A stretch of 64,000 nucleotides of DNA, taken from contig CAJGBW010000001.1 in NCBI GenBank assembly GCA_904501835.1, positions 2,441 through 66,440 of the forward strand, written 5' to 3'. The notes under the pieces are model-generated. The model was given only the letters and a program-made list of their open reading frames with translations. It made no database searches and was not told the DNA's origin. Source of the stretch: an uncultured Bacteroidales bacterium. GTDB taxonomy: Bacteria > Bacteroidota > Bacteroidia > Bacteroidales > UBA932. Within the stretch, counting starts at the first letter, position 1; every line of letters begins with the position of its first letter. A program made the position numbers and the translations under genes. Below are positions 1-10,557 of this stretch, one piece after another.

Positions 1-1176
1 AATGCGGATCAATTGGTCCATAGATACGGGATACAAAGCGAAAGCTACTTTCATTTCGCCGGAATCCACACGGCCCGACAACTCTTTCAATCCACGGATT
101 CCGCCCACAAAGTCAATGCGTTTGTCTGTGCGCAAATCTTTGATACCCAAAAGTTTATCGAGTACCAACTGGGAAAGGATCGTCACGTCAAGAACACCGA
201 TAGGGTCGTTGTCGTCGTAGCGTCCCTCCTTGGCGGTAAGGCTGTACCAGTTTTTACCCAGATACATGGAGAAATTATGCAGGCTTGCCGGCTGGTAAGC
301 CTTTGCGGGGCGTCCGCAGCGGGGTTTGGAGGCCAAACTTACCTCGAAATCTTCTTCCAATGCTTTCAAGAAATCCTCTTCGCTGTAGCCGTTGAGGTCT
401 TTTACCACGCGGTTGTAGTCCAAAATCGCCAATTGGCTCTGCGGGAAGCAGACAGCCATAAACCAGTTGTATTCTTCCTCTCCCGTGTGGTTGGGGTTCT
501 GGTCGCGTTTTTCTGCGCCCACGCGGGCAGCTGCCGCTGTTCTGTGGTGTCCGTCAGCGACATAGAAAGCATCAATATCGATTGTGAAAATTTCCGTAAT
601 ACGGGCAATGTCAGCATCGCAACTTACCGGCCAAAGAGTGTGGGTGAAATTGTTTTCATCCTTGAACTTGTATTCGGGCTTGCCGGCAGCCGTTTTGGCA
701 ACGATGGCGTTGAGTTCGTCGTTGTCTTTGTAAGCGAAGAAAACAGGCTCGATATTGGCGTTCTGGATGCGGACGTGTACCATACGGTCGTCCTCTTTGT
801 CCTTACGGGTCAATTCGTGTTTCTTGATAATGCCATTGGCGTAATCGTCGGTGTGGGCACACAAAACGAGGCCGAACTGGGTGCGTTTACCCATCGTCTG
901 CGCATAGACATAGTATTGTGCCTTTTCATCCTGCGCCAACCAGCCGGCTTCTTTCCAGCTTTTGAAATTCTCAACCGCCTTGTCGTATGCGGGCTGGGAA
1001 TGTTCATCGACAAAAGGTGTAAAGTCGATTTCGGGGCGTGTGATATGTAGCAGACTTTTTTCTCCCGCCATCTGGAAGGCTTCCTGGGAGTTTAGAACAT
1101 CATAAGGGGGTGCGGCTACTTCTGTAACAAGATCTTTCGGGGGGCGAATCGCCGCAAAGGGTTTTACTCTTACCAT
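1..1176 (-). CDS. DUF1015 family protein, 3' end runs off the window
   Basis: Not in the ORF track (no stop in window). Manual minus-strand translation from ATG at 1176: MVRVKPFAAIRPPKDLVTEVAAPPYDVLNS...IKKHELTRKDKEDDR...YVADGHHRTAAA...KRIDFVGGIRG, matching DUF1015 motifs. Confidence 0.85.
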   Translation of the reverse strand, partial: MVRVKPFAAIRPPKDLVTEVAAPPYDVLNSQEAFQMAGEKSLLHITRPEIDFTPFVDEHSQPAYDKAVENFKSWKEAGWLAQDEKAQYYVYAQTMGKRTQFGLVLCAHTDDYANGIIKKHELTRKDKEDDRMVHVRIQNANIEPVFFAYKDNDELNAIVAKTAAGKPEYKFKDENNFTHTLWPVSCDADIARITEIFTIDIDAFYVADGHHRTAAAARVGAEKRDQNPNHTGEEEYNWFMAVCFPQSQLAILDYNRVVKDLNGYSEEDFLKALEEDFEVSLASKPRCGRPAKAYQPASLHNFSMYLGKNWYSLTAKEGRYDDNDPIGVLDVTILSQLVLDKLLGIKDLRTDKRIDFVGGIRGLKELSGRVDSGEMKVAFALYPVSMDQLIRI

Positions 1177-1233
1177 AACTTCAATAGAATTAAATTCTTG
1201 CGAAGTTACCGAAAAAATCCCGCAATATCAAGA

Positions 1234-2004
1234 TTAGTAATTCAGTTGAAGTTCGTCAATATACAGAATGCTGTCGCTGCTTCCCGTGTAGGCGTCTCCG
1301 AAACGGCTGGAGGCGGCAACGATGCAGATGTAGCTGGGGGTGGCGTCGCTCCGGTAGTTGATGGGGATTTCAAAACGCACGTAGTCTCCGTAGTCTGTCG
1401 TCAAAACCTTTAAGCCATAGCCGATTACGGAAGGGTCGCTTTGTCCGTCCACAAATTTTCCATAACGTGTATCAATGACAAAAGGAGTTTTCCAATCCGT
1501 TAGTAAAATGTCAATTTTGGCTTCGTCGGTGCGGCCTCTCATATATTCTCTTGGTCTTCTTGCCAAATCCACAATGCCCGGTTTGTAATGATAATAACCG
1601 GAAAGACTTTTCGGGCGATGATTGAAGGGGACGCCAAAGGACAGTACGGCTCCGGACATGCCGGCAATTTTGATGAAAGCGCCGTTGTAGATGTTTCCGG
1701 CAACAAAAATACCCAAAAAGTTGCGGCTTTTGATTCTACATGCTGCTTTTCCTTCTCCTTTTACAGCCACATGCTCATATTCGGGCGTTGTTCCGTTTAA
1801 TCCAATGAAACTCAGTCCTTTATTGGCCGAGTCCCAGTCTTTTTCTCTCCCTTTTGCGTCTTCCGGCTGAGGAAACCAGGCGCCTCTTCGCTTGCTCCAC
1901 TCGTCGAAACTCATGTTGTATAGCTGCTTCTCGTCTTGGCTTTGTTCCGTCTGGGCCAATGCGAAGATGGGCAAGAATAATAATATGAAACCAATTTTTC
2001 TCAT
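1234..2004 (-). CDS. Secreted PCMD (putative carbohydrate metabolism domain) protein
   Basis: Signal peptide; WDSAN, GNIYNG, FGVPFNHRPKSLSGYYHYKPG, SILYIDELQLNY motifs typical of PCMD. Confidence 0.75.
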   Translation of the reverse strand: MRKIGFILLFLPIFALAQTEQSQDEKQLYNMSFDEWSKRRGAWFPQPEDAKGREKDWDSANKGLSFIGLNGTTPEYEHVAVKGEGKAACRIKSRNFLGIFVAGNIYNGAFIKIAGMSGAVLSFGVPFNHRPKSLSGYYHYKPGIVDLARRPREYMRGRTDEAKIDILLTDWKTPFVIDTRYGKFVDGQSDPSVIGYGLKVLTTDYGDYVRFEIPINYRSDATPSYICIVAASSRFGDAYTGSSDSILYIDELQLNY

Positions 2005-2918
2005 TACTTAAATATGCTGCTTAGGAAAAACGTATAAAACGCATTCCAATTATACCACTCGTGTCCTCCCTTATACGTTATAAAATAATGAGGATGATTT
2101 TTCTTTTCCAATTTCCGATGGCGGCATTTGCTGCTTGGATACAGAACATCTCCCTTTCCAATCATAATATAATAGGAAATAGGAGGGTAATGCTCGAATA
2201 AAAAATCAGTCTTTTTGTCCAAATCTCTGAAAAAGTCACGGTTGGGGCCGTTTTTGAAAAAGGCGAAAGGGACGGGCGAAAACAGGGCGATATGGGCAAA
2301 GCAATCGGGGAAGTTGGCACTTAAATAAGCAGCCTGAAGGCCCCCTGTTGATACGCCGGCAATGGCGCGGTGTTCTCTGTCCGGCAGGGTGCGAAAATGG
2401 GTGTCTACAAATTTGACAACATCCTGCACGAAGGCGCTTTCCACATTTCCGTTTATCTCAAACAGTGCTTCCGAAGCGATTTTCCAACGAGAATATTCCA
2501 TGTCGATATCGTCGTCGTATTCGTTGGTGTTCGGTAGGACGATGAGGGCTTGCGTCGCAAGATTGTGAGCAAAAAGGCTATCTGTGATTTGCAGGAGCTT
2601 GCCTCTTTTAATCCACGCGGTCTCGTGACCTTTTGCTCCGTGTAGTAGATATAAGGTCGGGTAACGTTTTCCGCTCTGATAATAATCTTTGGGCAGATAG
2701 ACAACCATTCGGCGCTGGCGAGGGCCGGGTGTAGAACAAGGGTAACGAACCTCTTCGATGGTGCCTTGAGGCTGGTAATTTTCTGCGGTGGGTTTTCCGG
2801 CGAAATAATGAGGATTTTGTCGGTTCCGCAGCACGCCGCAAGAGAATAGGGAGAAAATGGCAAGCGTCATAACTGCCAGTTTCCGGATAGCATAGAAACT
2901 GATTCTTGAAGAAATCAT
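2004..2918 (-). CDS. Putative esterase (alpha/beta hydrolase, CE1/Fes-like), probable lipoprotein
   Basis: VYLPKDY, YPTLYLLHG, RAIAGVSTGG (GxSxG), GGHEW; LFSC lipobox-like. Confidence 0.8.
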   Translation of the reverse strand: MISSRISFYAIRKLAVMTLAIFSLFSCGVLRNRQNPHYFAGKPTAENYQPQGTIEEVRYPCSTPGPRQRRMVVYLPKDYYQSGKRYPTLYLLHGAKGHETAWIKRGKLLQITDSLFAHNLATQALIVLPNTNEYDDDIDMEYSRWKIASEALFEINGNVESAFVQDVVKFVDTHFRTLPDREHRAIAGVSTGGLQAAYLSANFPDCFAHIALFSPVPFAFFKNGPNRDFFRDLDKKTDFLFEHYPPISYYIMIGKGDVLYPSSKCRHRKLEKKNHPHYFITYKGGHEWYNWNAFYTFFLSSIFK

Positions 2919-2969
2919 ATTTTTCTCTTGTGGTTCTGTCGTGATAGATGTGATACAAAGGTATATAAA

Positions 2970-3001
2970 TTTGTGCTAGAAAAAAAATAAACGTATCTTT
3001 G
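2970..3001 (+). promoter_or_regulatory. Bacteroidota sigma70 promoter for tRNA-Pro
   Basis: TTTG (2970-2973), 20 nt spacer, TATCTTTG (2994-3001). Confidence 0.65.
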
Positions 3002-3022
3002 TAAACTAGTGTAAAAAGGATT

Positions 3023-3096
3023 CGGGGTGTGGCGCAGTTGGTTAGCGTACCTGGTTTGGGACCAGGTGGTCCTCCGTTCGAGTCGGAGTACCCCGA
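3023..3096 (+). tRNA. tRNA-Pro(TGG), CCA not encoded
   Basis: Acceptor CGGGGTG/TACCCCG, D arm GCGCAGTTGGTTAGCGT, anticodon stem CCTGG/CCAGG with loop TTTGGGA, T loop GTTCGAGT. Confidence 0.95.
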
Positions 3097-3128
3097 CAAT
3101 ATTAGCTGAACCAAATTATTACTAATTT

Positions 3129-5951
3129 ATGAAACTAAAACTTTTCTTTTTGTCATTGGCCGTTTTGTTCTCGGCGAATGTATTTGCACAAGATGATCCT
3201 GTCGCCAATCCTGACGCAGTGGTCGTATGTGGCAAGGCACGCTTTACCGTGCTGACTTCCAAGTTGGTGCGTATGGAGTGGGCAGAAGATGGTAAATTTG
3301 AAGATAACGCATCCTTGGCGATTATCAACAGAAATCTTCCTGTTCCTGCATTCAAGAAGAGCGTGAGTAAAAATGGCGTTACCATTCGTACTGCAGATTT
3401 GACCTTGCGTTACAAGGGCCCCGGTAAATTTACAGCAGAGAATCTTTCTGTTGAGTTTACGATGAAGGATGCCCGTGCGAAAAAAGGCGTTAAAAAAGTA
3501 AAATGGACATTGGCTTCGGATGATTCAGCCAACTTGATGGGAACCGTTCGTACCCTCGATGGTTGTGCAAGTCGTGAAGTGTTCAATGGAAAGAATGACC
3601 CTTATGATAAAGGTATTCTCTCTCGTGACGGTTGGGCTTTGGTTGACGAAAGCGACCGCCATATCATGGTGAAAGATGATTCAGATTGGGGTTCTTGGGT
3701 TGCCGCTCGTCCCGAGGGTGAAAGACAGGATCTTTATCTTTTCGCTTACGGCCACGAATATAAAGAGGCTTTGGCTGACTTTACCAAAGTGGCAGGCCGC
3801 ATTCCTCTTCCTCCTAAATATGTGTTCGGTTACTGGTGGAGCCGTTATTGGCAATACAGCGACTTCGAGTTCATTGACTTGGCCAAAGAAATTCGCTCAC
3901 ACAGCATTCCCATGGACGTGATGGTGATTGATATGGACTGGCACGACATCTGGACTTTGAGCCGTAACAACCCTCCTGGAGACGAGTTCGGTGAGAGAAT
4001 CGGTTGGACGGGATATACTTGGCAGAAGCAACTCTTCCCCAATCCCGAGTTTACTTTGAAGCAGCTTCATAATATGAACATGAAGACTTCTTTGAACCTT
4101 CACCCGGCTTCCGGCATCCAGCCTTACGAAGATTGCTACGATGGATTTGTGAAAGATTATCTTTCTCGTGCAAAAGAATATGATGGTCCCAAGGATTATC
4201 GTTACAACGAAGGTGACTCTTTGCTTTATTTGAGAAGCCGCCCCAAACATCGTATCAGAAATCGCGTGGCTACTGCTGGCGAGAAAGCTCCTGTGCCTTT
4301 CCGTATCTGTCAGCAAGAGTGGGCTGACGCCTATTTCAACTCTGTAATCCGTCCTTTGGAAAAACAAGGTGTAGATTTCTGGTGGTTGGATTGGCAGCAG
4401 TATAAGACCAGTGAGTATTTGCCTAATTTGAGTAATACTTTCTGGTTGAACCATACCTTCTTCAATGACAAAGCGCGTCAGAGCAAGAGTCTCGGCCTTT
4501 CTGCTACCCGTCCTTTGATTTATCACCGTTGGGGTGGTCTGGGTAGCCATCGTTATCAGATTGGTTTCTCCGGAGATGCGTATGATACTTGGGAAGTGTT
4601 GAAATTCCTCCCTTATTTCACCAGCACTTCTTCCAACGTGGGTTATGGCTATTGGGGACACGATATCGGTGGTCACCAGGTTCAGAAAGGCACCGATCCT
4701 TACAAGCCTGAGATTTATACCCGCTGGTTGCAGTATGGTGTATTTACCCCTATCTTCAAGACTCACAGTACCAAGAGTTCTACCATCGAGCGTAGAATCT
4801 GGGCGTATGCTCCCGAGTATTTCGCACCTATGCGTGATGCCATCCGTTTGCGCTATACGCTTTCTCATTACATCTATGATGCAGCCCGTCAGACCTACGA
4901 CACCGGTGTTTCTATGTGCCGTCCCATGTACTATGACTGGCCCGAGAAAGATGAGGCATACACCTTGGATGAGCAGTTTATGTTCGGTGACAATATCATG
5001 GCTACCGTAATCTGTTCTCCCGTTAATGCTGCTACCGGCTTGGCCGAAAGATATATGTGGTTCCCCGAGGGCTTTGATTGGTACGATATGACTACCGGTC
5101 AGCTTTATAAGGGCGGTCAGAAATTGACCTTGTCTTATACGATCAACGAGAATCCTTGGTTCGTGAAAGCTGGTTCCATCATTCCTTTGGCTGATGAAAA
5201 CATTGAGTCTTTGCAGGAGAAGAACAACATGCTTCGTCTGTTCGTAGCGCCGGGTGATGGTGAAAGTTCTTATGTTTATTATGAGGATGATGGTATGAGT
5301 CAGGCCTATACCAACGACTATGCAACCACTTTGATTAAGAAACAGTCCAACGCTTCTTCTTGCCGCGTTGAGGTGGCTGCCCGCGAAGGTAAATATGCCG
5401 GTATGGATGCCAACCGTCGCGTTCAGATTATTCTTGAGGGAGTTTTTGTTCCTAGCTCTGTTACCGTAAACGGTGAGGCTATCGCTTACGAGCGCTTTGC
5501 CGAAGAGGCTGCTGGAAAAGCAAGCTGGAACTACTCTGGTAAGGATTTGGCTGTGGTTGTTACGCTTCCGGAAGCGGCTGCAGACCAGGCTGTTGTCGTT
5601 GAGTGCAACTACACGACAACCGAGGATGTTGCCCTTTTGCGCGGAAAGAAAGGTATTTTCAATCGTATGATGAAATATACTCCGGTCTTGAAGGATAAGT
5701 TTAACGAGCATATCGACCGTTACAAATTGATTTCTCGTCCTTTCCTCAAGGTTGCTCAGTGTGCAAGTCTGATTGAAAACAACCTCGACCAGATGGTAGA
5801 TTATCTGAAGAACATTGATGTTGCTGCCGTAGAGGCTGATTTGATGCAGGAAATTGAAGCAATCAAAAGTAGAAACAGCAAGAATGCTGAAGAGCATATC
5901 CAGGCCGTTCATGATGTTATCGAGTGCATCAAACAACAGTGTAATTTGTAA
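3129..5951 (+). CDS. Secreted glycoside hydrolase family 31 with C-terminal DUF5110-like domain
   Basis: Signal peptide; GYWWSRYW, VIDMDWH, WTGYTW, WWLDWQQ nucleophile motif, HRYQIGFSGD, WGHDIGGH, YYEDDG. Confidence 0.9.
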   Translation: MKLKLFFLSLAVLFSANVFAQDDPVANPDAVVVCGKARFTVLTSKLVRMEWAEDGKFEDNASLAIINRNLPVPAFKKSVSKNGVTIRTADLTLRYKGPGKFTAENLSVEFTMKDARAKKGVKKVKWTLASDDSANLMGTVRTLDGCASREVFNGKNDPYDKGILSRDGWALVDESDRHIMVKDDSDWGSWVAARPEGERQDLYLFAYGHEYKEALADFTKVAGRIPLPPKYVFGYWWSRYWQYSDFEFIDLAKEIRSHSIPMDVMVIDMDWHDIWTLSRNNPPGDEFGERIGWTGYTWQKQLFPNPEFTLKQLHNMNMKTSLNLHPASGIQPYEDCYDGFVKDYLSRAKEYDGPKDYRYNEGDSLLYLRSRPKHRIRNRVATAGEKAPVPFRICQQEWADAYFNSVIRPLEKQGVDFWWLDWQQYKTSEYLPNLSNTFWLNHTFFNDKARQSKSLGLSATRPLIYHRWGGLGSHRYQIGFSGDAYDTWEVLKFLPYFTSTSSNVGYGYWGHDIGGHQVQKGTDPYKPEIYTRWLQYGVFTPIFKTHSTKSSTIERRIWAYAPEYFAPMRDAIRLRYTLSHYIYDAARQTYDTGVSMCRPMYYDWPEKDEAYTLDEQFMFGDNIMATVICSPVNAATGLAERYMWFPEGFDWYDMTTGQLYKGGQKLTLSYTINENPWFVKAGSIIPLADENIESLQEKNNMLRLFVAPGDGESSYVYYEDDGMSQAYTNDYATTLIKKQSNASSCRVEVAAREGKYAGMDANRRVQIILEGVFVPSSVTVNGEAIAYERFAEEAAGKASWNYSGKDLAVVVTLPEAAADQAVVVECNYTTTEDVALLRGKKGIFNRMMKYTPVLKDKFNEHIDRYKLISRPFLKVAQCASLIENNLDQMVDYLKNIDVAAVEADLMQEIEAIKSRNSKNAEEHIQAVHDVIECIKQQCNL

Positions 5952-5955
5952 TAAA

Positions 5956-5980
5956 AAGCCGCCTCGTGCGGCTTAAATTT
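5956..5980 (+). terminator. Hairpin after GH31, possible terminator
   Basis: AAGCCGC-CTCGT-GCGGCTT followed by AT-rich tail. Confidence 0.5.
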
Positions 5981-6003
5981 ATTTAAGGATAAAGAGAAGA
6001 AAA

Positions 6004-6948
6004 ATGAAAGCAGTTTGTGCAACAGATTTTCAATTTCCCGGACAGCAGGCGAAATATGTCGGCAAGGTTCGTGATGTGTATAGTATTGGAGATGACTACC
6101 TTGTCATGGTCGCAAGTGACCGCATTTCGGCTTTTGACGTAGTGCTTCCCGAGGGAATCCCCTATAAAGGTCAGGTCCTCAATCAGATAGCATCCAAATT
6201 CCTCGATGCTACCGCTGATATTATTCCCAACTGGAAAATTGCAGAGGTGGATCCGATGGCGACTTTGGGTTGGCGTTGTGAGCCTTTTAAGGTGGAAATG
6301 GTGATTCGCGGTTATCTTACCGGACATGCCTGGAGAGAGTACAAGGCTGGCAAACGTACGCTTTGCGGCGTGACTTTGCCCGAAGGTATGGTAGAAAACC
6401 AGCGTTTCCCCGAGCCCATCATTACCCCGACGACCAAAGCGGCAGAGGGACACGATGAGGATATTAGCAAAGAGGAAATTATTGCCCAGGGTATCGTTTC
6501 TCGTGAGGATTACGACCAGTTGGAAAAATACACCCGTGCTTTGTTTGCCCGCGGTTCTGAAATGGCCGCCGGAAAGGGATTGATTTTGGTAGATACCAAA
6601 TACGAATTCGGTAAACGCAACGGAGAAATCATGTTGATGGACGAAATTCACACGCCGGATTCTTCTCGTTATTTCTATGCAGAAGGATATGAGGAGCGTT
6701 TGGCTAAAGGTGAGCACCAGAAACAACTCTCCAAAGAGTTTGTGCGCGAGTGGTTGATGGCTGGTGGTTTCCAGGGAAAAGAAGGTCAGACCGTTCCTGA
6801 AATGACTCCCGAAGTGGTGTCCGGTATTACTGAACGCTATGTAGAACTCTACGAGCACATTACCGGAGAAAAATTTGTGCCGGCTGCCGAAGAAGAGGAT
6901 GTGCTGGCCCGTATTGAAAACAACATTAAAACATTTTTGAACAAATGA
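6004..6948 (+). CDS. purC: SAICAR synthetase
   Basis: [49 protein letters not shown]. Confidence 0.95.
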   Translation: MKAVCATDFQFPGQQAKYVGKVRDVYSIGDDYLVMVASDRISAFDVVLPEGIPYKGQVLNQIASKFLDATADIIPNWKIAEVDPMATLGWRCEPFKVEMVIRGYLTGHAWREYKAGKRTLCGVTLPEGMVENQRFPEPIITPTTKAAEGHDEDISKEEIIAQGIVSREDYDQLEKYTRALFARGSEMAAGKGLILVDTKYEFGKRNGEIMLMDEIHTPDSSRYFYAEGYEERLAKGEHQKQLSKEFVREWLMAGGFQGKEGQTVPEMTPEVVSGITERYVELYEHITGEKFVPAAEEEDVLARIENNIKTFLNK

Positions 6949-8240
6949 TAGAGCGTTATTCCCGCAAAATAATGAGGGACGTGTGGACGGAGGAAAACAA
7001 GTTCAACGCCTACCTCGAAGTAGAAATCCTCTCTTGTGAGGCCTGGAGCAAGTTGGGCGTAATCCCCGCCGAGGATGTGGAAGAAATCCGCAAAAAGGCT
7101 ACTTTCCAAGTGTCTCGCATTCGTGAAATTGAAGAGCAGACCCGCCATGATGTCGTGGCTTTTACCCGTGCCGTCAGCGAAAGTCTCGGCGAGGAGCGCA
7201 AATGGGTGCACTATGGCTTGACTTCTACCGACGTGGTGGATACGGCCAATGGTTACTTGCTCAAACAAGCTAATGCCATTTTGCTCAAGGACATGGAAGA
7301 GTTTTTGGAGGTACTTCGCAAACGCGCCCTTGAATTCAAGACGACTCCTTGCATCGGTCGTACCCACGGTATTCATGCCGACATCACCTCTTTCGGTTTG
7401 AAATGGGCTTTGTGGTATGAGGAAATGAAACGCAATATCGATCGTTTCAAATATGCTTCTGCTGGTGTTGAGGCCGGTAAAATGAGTGGTGCTGTGGGTA
7501 ACTTTGCCAACATTCCTCCTTTTATCCAGGACTATGTGTGTGAGAAATTGGGCATCAACTCTGCCGATATCTCTACCCAGGTGCTTCAGCGCGACCGCCA
7601 TGCTTTCTATTTGGCAGCTTTGGCCGTGACGGCTTCTACTTTGGAGCAGATGGCATTTGAAATCCGCAACTTGCAGCGTACCGAGGTGCGTGAGGCCGAG
7701 GAGGCATTCCGCAAGGGACAGAAAGGTTCTTCTGCCATGCCTCACAAACGCAACCCTATCAGCAGTGAGAATATCTGCGGTTGCGCCCGCGTGATGCGTG
7801 GTTATATGACGGCGACTTGTGAGAATGTGGCTTTGTGGCACGAGCGTGATATTTCTCACTCTTCCACCGAGCGTATCATCTTGCCGGATGCAACCGAGTT
7901 GCTTGACTATATGTTGGTTCGTTTCAAAGGTATCTTGGAGAACTTGACCGTTTATCCCGAGACCATGATGGCCAACATCTATCGTACCAACGGTGTGATT
8001 TTCGCCCAGCGTGTAATGAACGCCTTGATTGAGAAAGGTTTTGCACGTGAAGAGGCCTACGATACGGTGCAGCCTGTTGCGATGAAAGCTTGGTCAGAGG
8101 GCTTGGATTACAAGACTTTGCTCCAGCAGAACGAAAAGGTGACCGCCGCACTTTCAGCCAGCGAGTTGGATGAGTGCTTCACTATCGAGTACTACTTCAA
8201 AAACGTGGATTATATCTACAATCGCGTCGGTATTCAATAG
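6945..8240 (+). CDS. purB: Adenylosuccinate lyase, 431 aa Bacillus-like form
   Basis: [47 protein letters not shown]; 4 nt overlap with purC. Confidence 0.95.
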   Translation: MIERYSRKIMRDVWTEENKFNAYLEVEILSCEAWSKLGVIPAEDVEEIRKKATFQVSRIREIEEQTRHDVVAFTRAVSESLGEERKWVHYGLTSTDVVDTANGYLLKQANAILLKDMEEFLEVLRKRALEFKTTPCIGRTHGIHADITSFGLKWALWYEEMKRNIDRFKYASAGVEAGKMSGAVGNFANIPPFIQDYVCEKLGINSADISTQVLQRDRHAFYLAALAVTASTLEQMAFEIRNLQRTEVREAEEAFRKGQKGSSAMPHKRNPISSENICGCARVMRGYMTATCENVALWHERDISHSSTERIILPDATELLDYMLVRFKGILENLTVYPETMMANIYRTNGVIFAQRVMNALIEKGFAREEAYDTVQPVAMKAWSEGLDYKTLLQQNEKVTAALSASELDECFTIEYYFKNVDYIYNRVGIQ

Positions 8241-8260
8241 CAGGCGCACAAGCATCATAC

Positions 8261-8298
8261 AAAATGGTCGGCTCTATTCAAAGGGCCGACCATTTTTT
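8261..8298. terminator. Bidirectional intrinsic terminator between convergent purB and asnA
   Basis: AAAATGGTCGGCTCT / AGGGCCGACCATTTTTT stem with A and T tails. Confidence 0.8.
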
Positions 8299-8340
8299 GT
8301 ACTATGTTGCACGCTCTTTTGTGCAATTAAACCTTTTTTG

Positions 8341-9378
8341 TTACACCAGATCGATGCCGGCGGAAGCACATTCTGCGCGCATTTCATCCGGCCAGATGCA
8401 ACTTTGGATTTCGCCGATATGTGCCTTTCTCAAAAGAAACATACAGAGTCGTGACTGTCCCACGCCGCCGCCGATGGTATAAGGGAGTTCTCCGCCCAGC
8501 AACTTCTTGTGGAACATCAGGTCGGCTTTCCATTCCTGTCCGCGAATGGCAAGTTGGCGTCTCATGGCCTCCTCATCCACGCGAATACCCATACTGGATA
8601 CCTCAAAGGCGCTTTCCAAAATAGGATTCCAAAGCAGGATGTCTCCGTTCAAACCCTGATAGCCGTCCGCGTTTTCGCTGCTCCAGTCGTCGTAGTCCGC
8701 GGCCCTGCCGTCGTGGGCTTCGCCATTGGACAACACGCCGCCAATACCAATGATGAATACGGCCTTGTGTTCCTTTACAATGGCAATTTCCCTTTCTTTC
8801 GGGCTCAAATTCGGGTACATCTGCAAGAGTTCTTCGGCATGAATGAAGAAAATCTCTTCCGGCAACATGGGCTCAATCTGCGGGAATTCCACGTAGAGTT
8901 TGTTCTCGGTGACTTTGATGGCTTCGTAGATGCGACGGACGGTCTTTTTGAGGTAGTCCAGGTTGCGGTCTTCCTTGCGAATGACCTTTTCCCAGTCCCA
9001 CTGGTCCACATAGATAGAGTGGATGTTGTCCAAATCCTCATCCGGACGCAAAGCGTTCATGTCTGTGTAGATGCCCCTGCCCGGTGCAATCTGCATCTCT
9101 CCCAATTTCAATCGTTTCCATTTTGCCAAGGAGTGCACCACTTCTGCCTGTTGCTCGTTCATGCCTTTGATGGGGAAACGAACCGGGCGCTCAATCGAGT
9201 TCAAATCGTCGTTGATACCCGTTCCGGTCAGCACAATCATGGGTGCCGTCACGCGGAGTAGGGCGAGTTGGGCAGACAGGTTGGTCTGGAACATATCTTT
9301 AACGGCTTTGATGGCCTTTTCTGTGCTTTCTACGTCGCCCAGAATGTTTTTGTAGTCTTTGGGAATATACAATGACAT
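8341..9378 (-). CDS. asnA: Aspartate--ammonia ligase
   Basis: VVHSLAKWKR, HSIYVDQWDWE, HDGRAADYDDW, TIGGGVGQSRLCM. Confidence 0.95.
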   Translation of the reverse strand: MSLYIPKDYKNILGDVESTEKAIKAVKDMFQTNLSAQLALLRVTAPMIVLTGTGINDDLNSIERPVRFPIKGMNEQQAEVVHSLAKWKRLKLGEMQIAPGRGIYTDMNALRPDEDLDNIHSIYVDQWDWEKVIRKEDRNLDYLKKTVRRIYEAIKVTENKLYVEFPQIEPMLPEEIFFIHAEELLQMYPNLSPKEREIAIVKEHKAVFIIGIGGVLSNGEAHDGRAADYDDWSSENADGYQGLNGDILLWNPILESAFEVSSMGIRVDEEAMRRQLAIRGQEWKADLMFHKKLLGGELPYTIGGGVGQSRLCMFLLRKAHIGEIQSCIWPDEMRAECASAGIDLV

Positions 9379-9423
9379 GGTAAAAATGCGTTCTATCGGA
9401 AAATTTATCTAATTCGGCTCCGT

Positions 9424-10482
9424 CTATTTGCCCTCAATCTCGCCAAGCAGTTTTTGGGCGAGTTGCAAATAGTAGATGCCTTCTTCGTTTTCTTTGAGTG
9501 CGGCGGGCGTACCTTCGTCTGCCCCTTCGCGTATGCTTTGTATCAAAGGGATTTGTCCGAGGAGGGTAAGGCCATACTTCTGGGCCATTTTTTCGCCACC
9601 GTTTTTGCCAAAAATGTAGTATTTATGGTCGGGTAGTTCAGCCGGTGTAAACCAAGCCATGTTCTCGACGATGCCGAAAATCGGTTTTTTGACGCTGTCG
9701 TTGCGGAAAAGATTGACGCCCTTCTCAACGTCAGCCAAAGCCACATCCTGCGGCGTGCTGACAATTACCGCGCCCTGCATGGGAATATCGTGTACCAGGC
9801 TGATGTGGATATCGCCCGTTCCCGGCGGCATATCAATCAAGAGAAAGTCCAATTCGCCCCATCTTACTTGTAAAATCATCTGTTTCAGCGCATTGCAGGC
9901 CATGGGGCCGCGCCAAATCAAGGCTTGTTCGGGGGCGGCAAAATAGCCGATGGACATCCATTTTACACCATATTTTTCAATGGGTAGGATGACTTCCTTG
10001 TCGCCATCTTTCATTGCTTCAGGCGCTCCGTCTTCCGTCTGTGTCATTTTGGGAACGGACGGGCCATAGACGTCAGCGTCAGCGAGGCCTACTTTGTAGC
10101 CCAATTTTGCCAAAGCAACCGCCAAGTTCACAGCGACCGTGGATTTTCCCACGCCGCCCTTTCCGGAGGCAATGCCAATGATATGTTTAATGTTTTTAAC
10201 TTCTTCGGTGCCCAAATCCAAGCCCGGCTTCTTGCTTTTGGGCTCTTCTTTGACGATGGTCTCCACTTTCACTTCCACCTCTTGGCCTAAATGTCGCACC
10301 ATGGCAGCCTTGCAGGCCCCGATCAGGTATTCGGCAAGCGGGTCACGGTGTTTTGAAAAAGCAAGGGTAATCAGGACGGTGTTACCTTCCTGCTTTACCG
10401 TTTGCACCATGCCCAAATCCACGATGTTTTTATCGCCTTTGGCCGGGTGCTCCACCTCTTTCAAAATATCCAACAATTCCAT
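9424..10482 (-). CDS. mrp: Mrp/NBP35 (ApbC) Fe-S cluster carrier ATPase
   Basis: SGKGGVGKST, DADVYGPS, WRGPM, DMPPGTGD, VENMAWF; ATG at 10482 preferred over TTG at 10491. Confidence 0.9.
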   Translation of the reverse strand: MELLDILKEVEHPAKGDKNIVDLGMVQTVKQEGNTVLITLAFSKHRDPLAEYLIGACKAAMVRHLGQEVEVKVETIVKEEPKSKKPGLDLGTEEVKNIKHIIGIASGKGGVGKSTVAVNLAVALAKLGYKVGLADADVYGPSVPKMTQTEDGAPEAMKDGDKEVILPIEKYGVKWMSIGYFAAPEQALIWRGPMACNALKQMILQVRWGELDFLLIDMPPGTGDIHISLVHDIPMQGAVIVSTPQDVALADVEKGVNLFRNDSVKKPIFGIVENMAWFTPAELPDHKYYIFGKNGGEKMAQKYGLTLLGQIPLIQSIREGADEGTPAALKENEEGIYYLQLAQKLLGEIEGK

Positions 10483-10557
10483 ATGATTCAAAATTTTATA
10501 AGCAAATACAAAGATAACAAAAATAACTGTGTTCAGCTCAAAGCAAAGGTGTAGGCC

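Noticed and set aside
13..1050. 345 aa plus-strand ORF
   Set aside because: Antisense shadow of the minus-strand DUF1015 gene, which carries the recognisable motifs
3023..3128. tRNA-Pro as an integration site for a mobile element
   Set aside because: No integrase and no repeated tRNA 3' end seen in the window
3897..5936. 679 aa minus-strand ORF, and similar long antisense ORFs over purC, purB, clpB, secDF, rpsC and glgA
   Set aside because: Mirror frames of well-supported genes; no motifs; explained by codon bias
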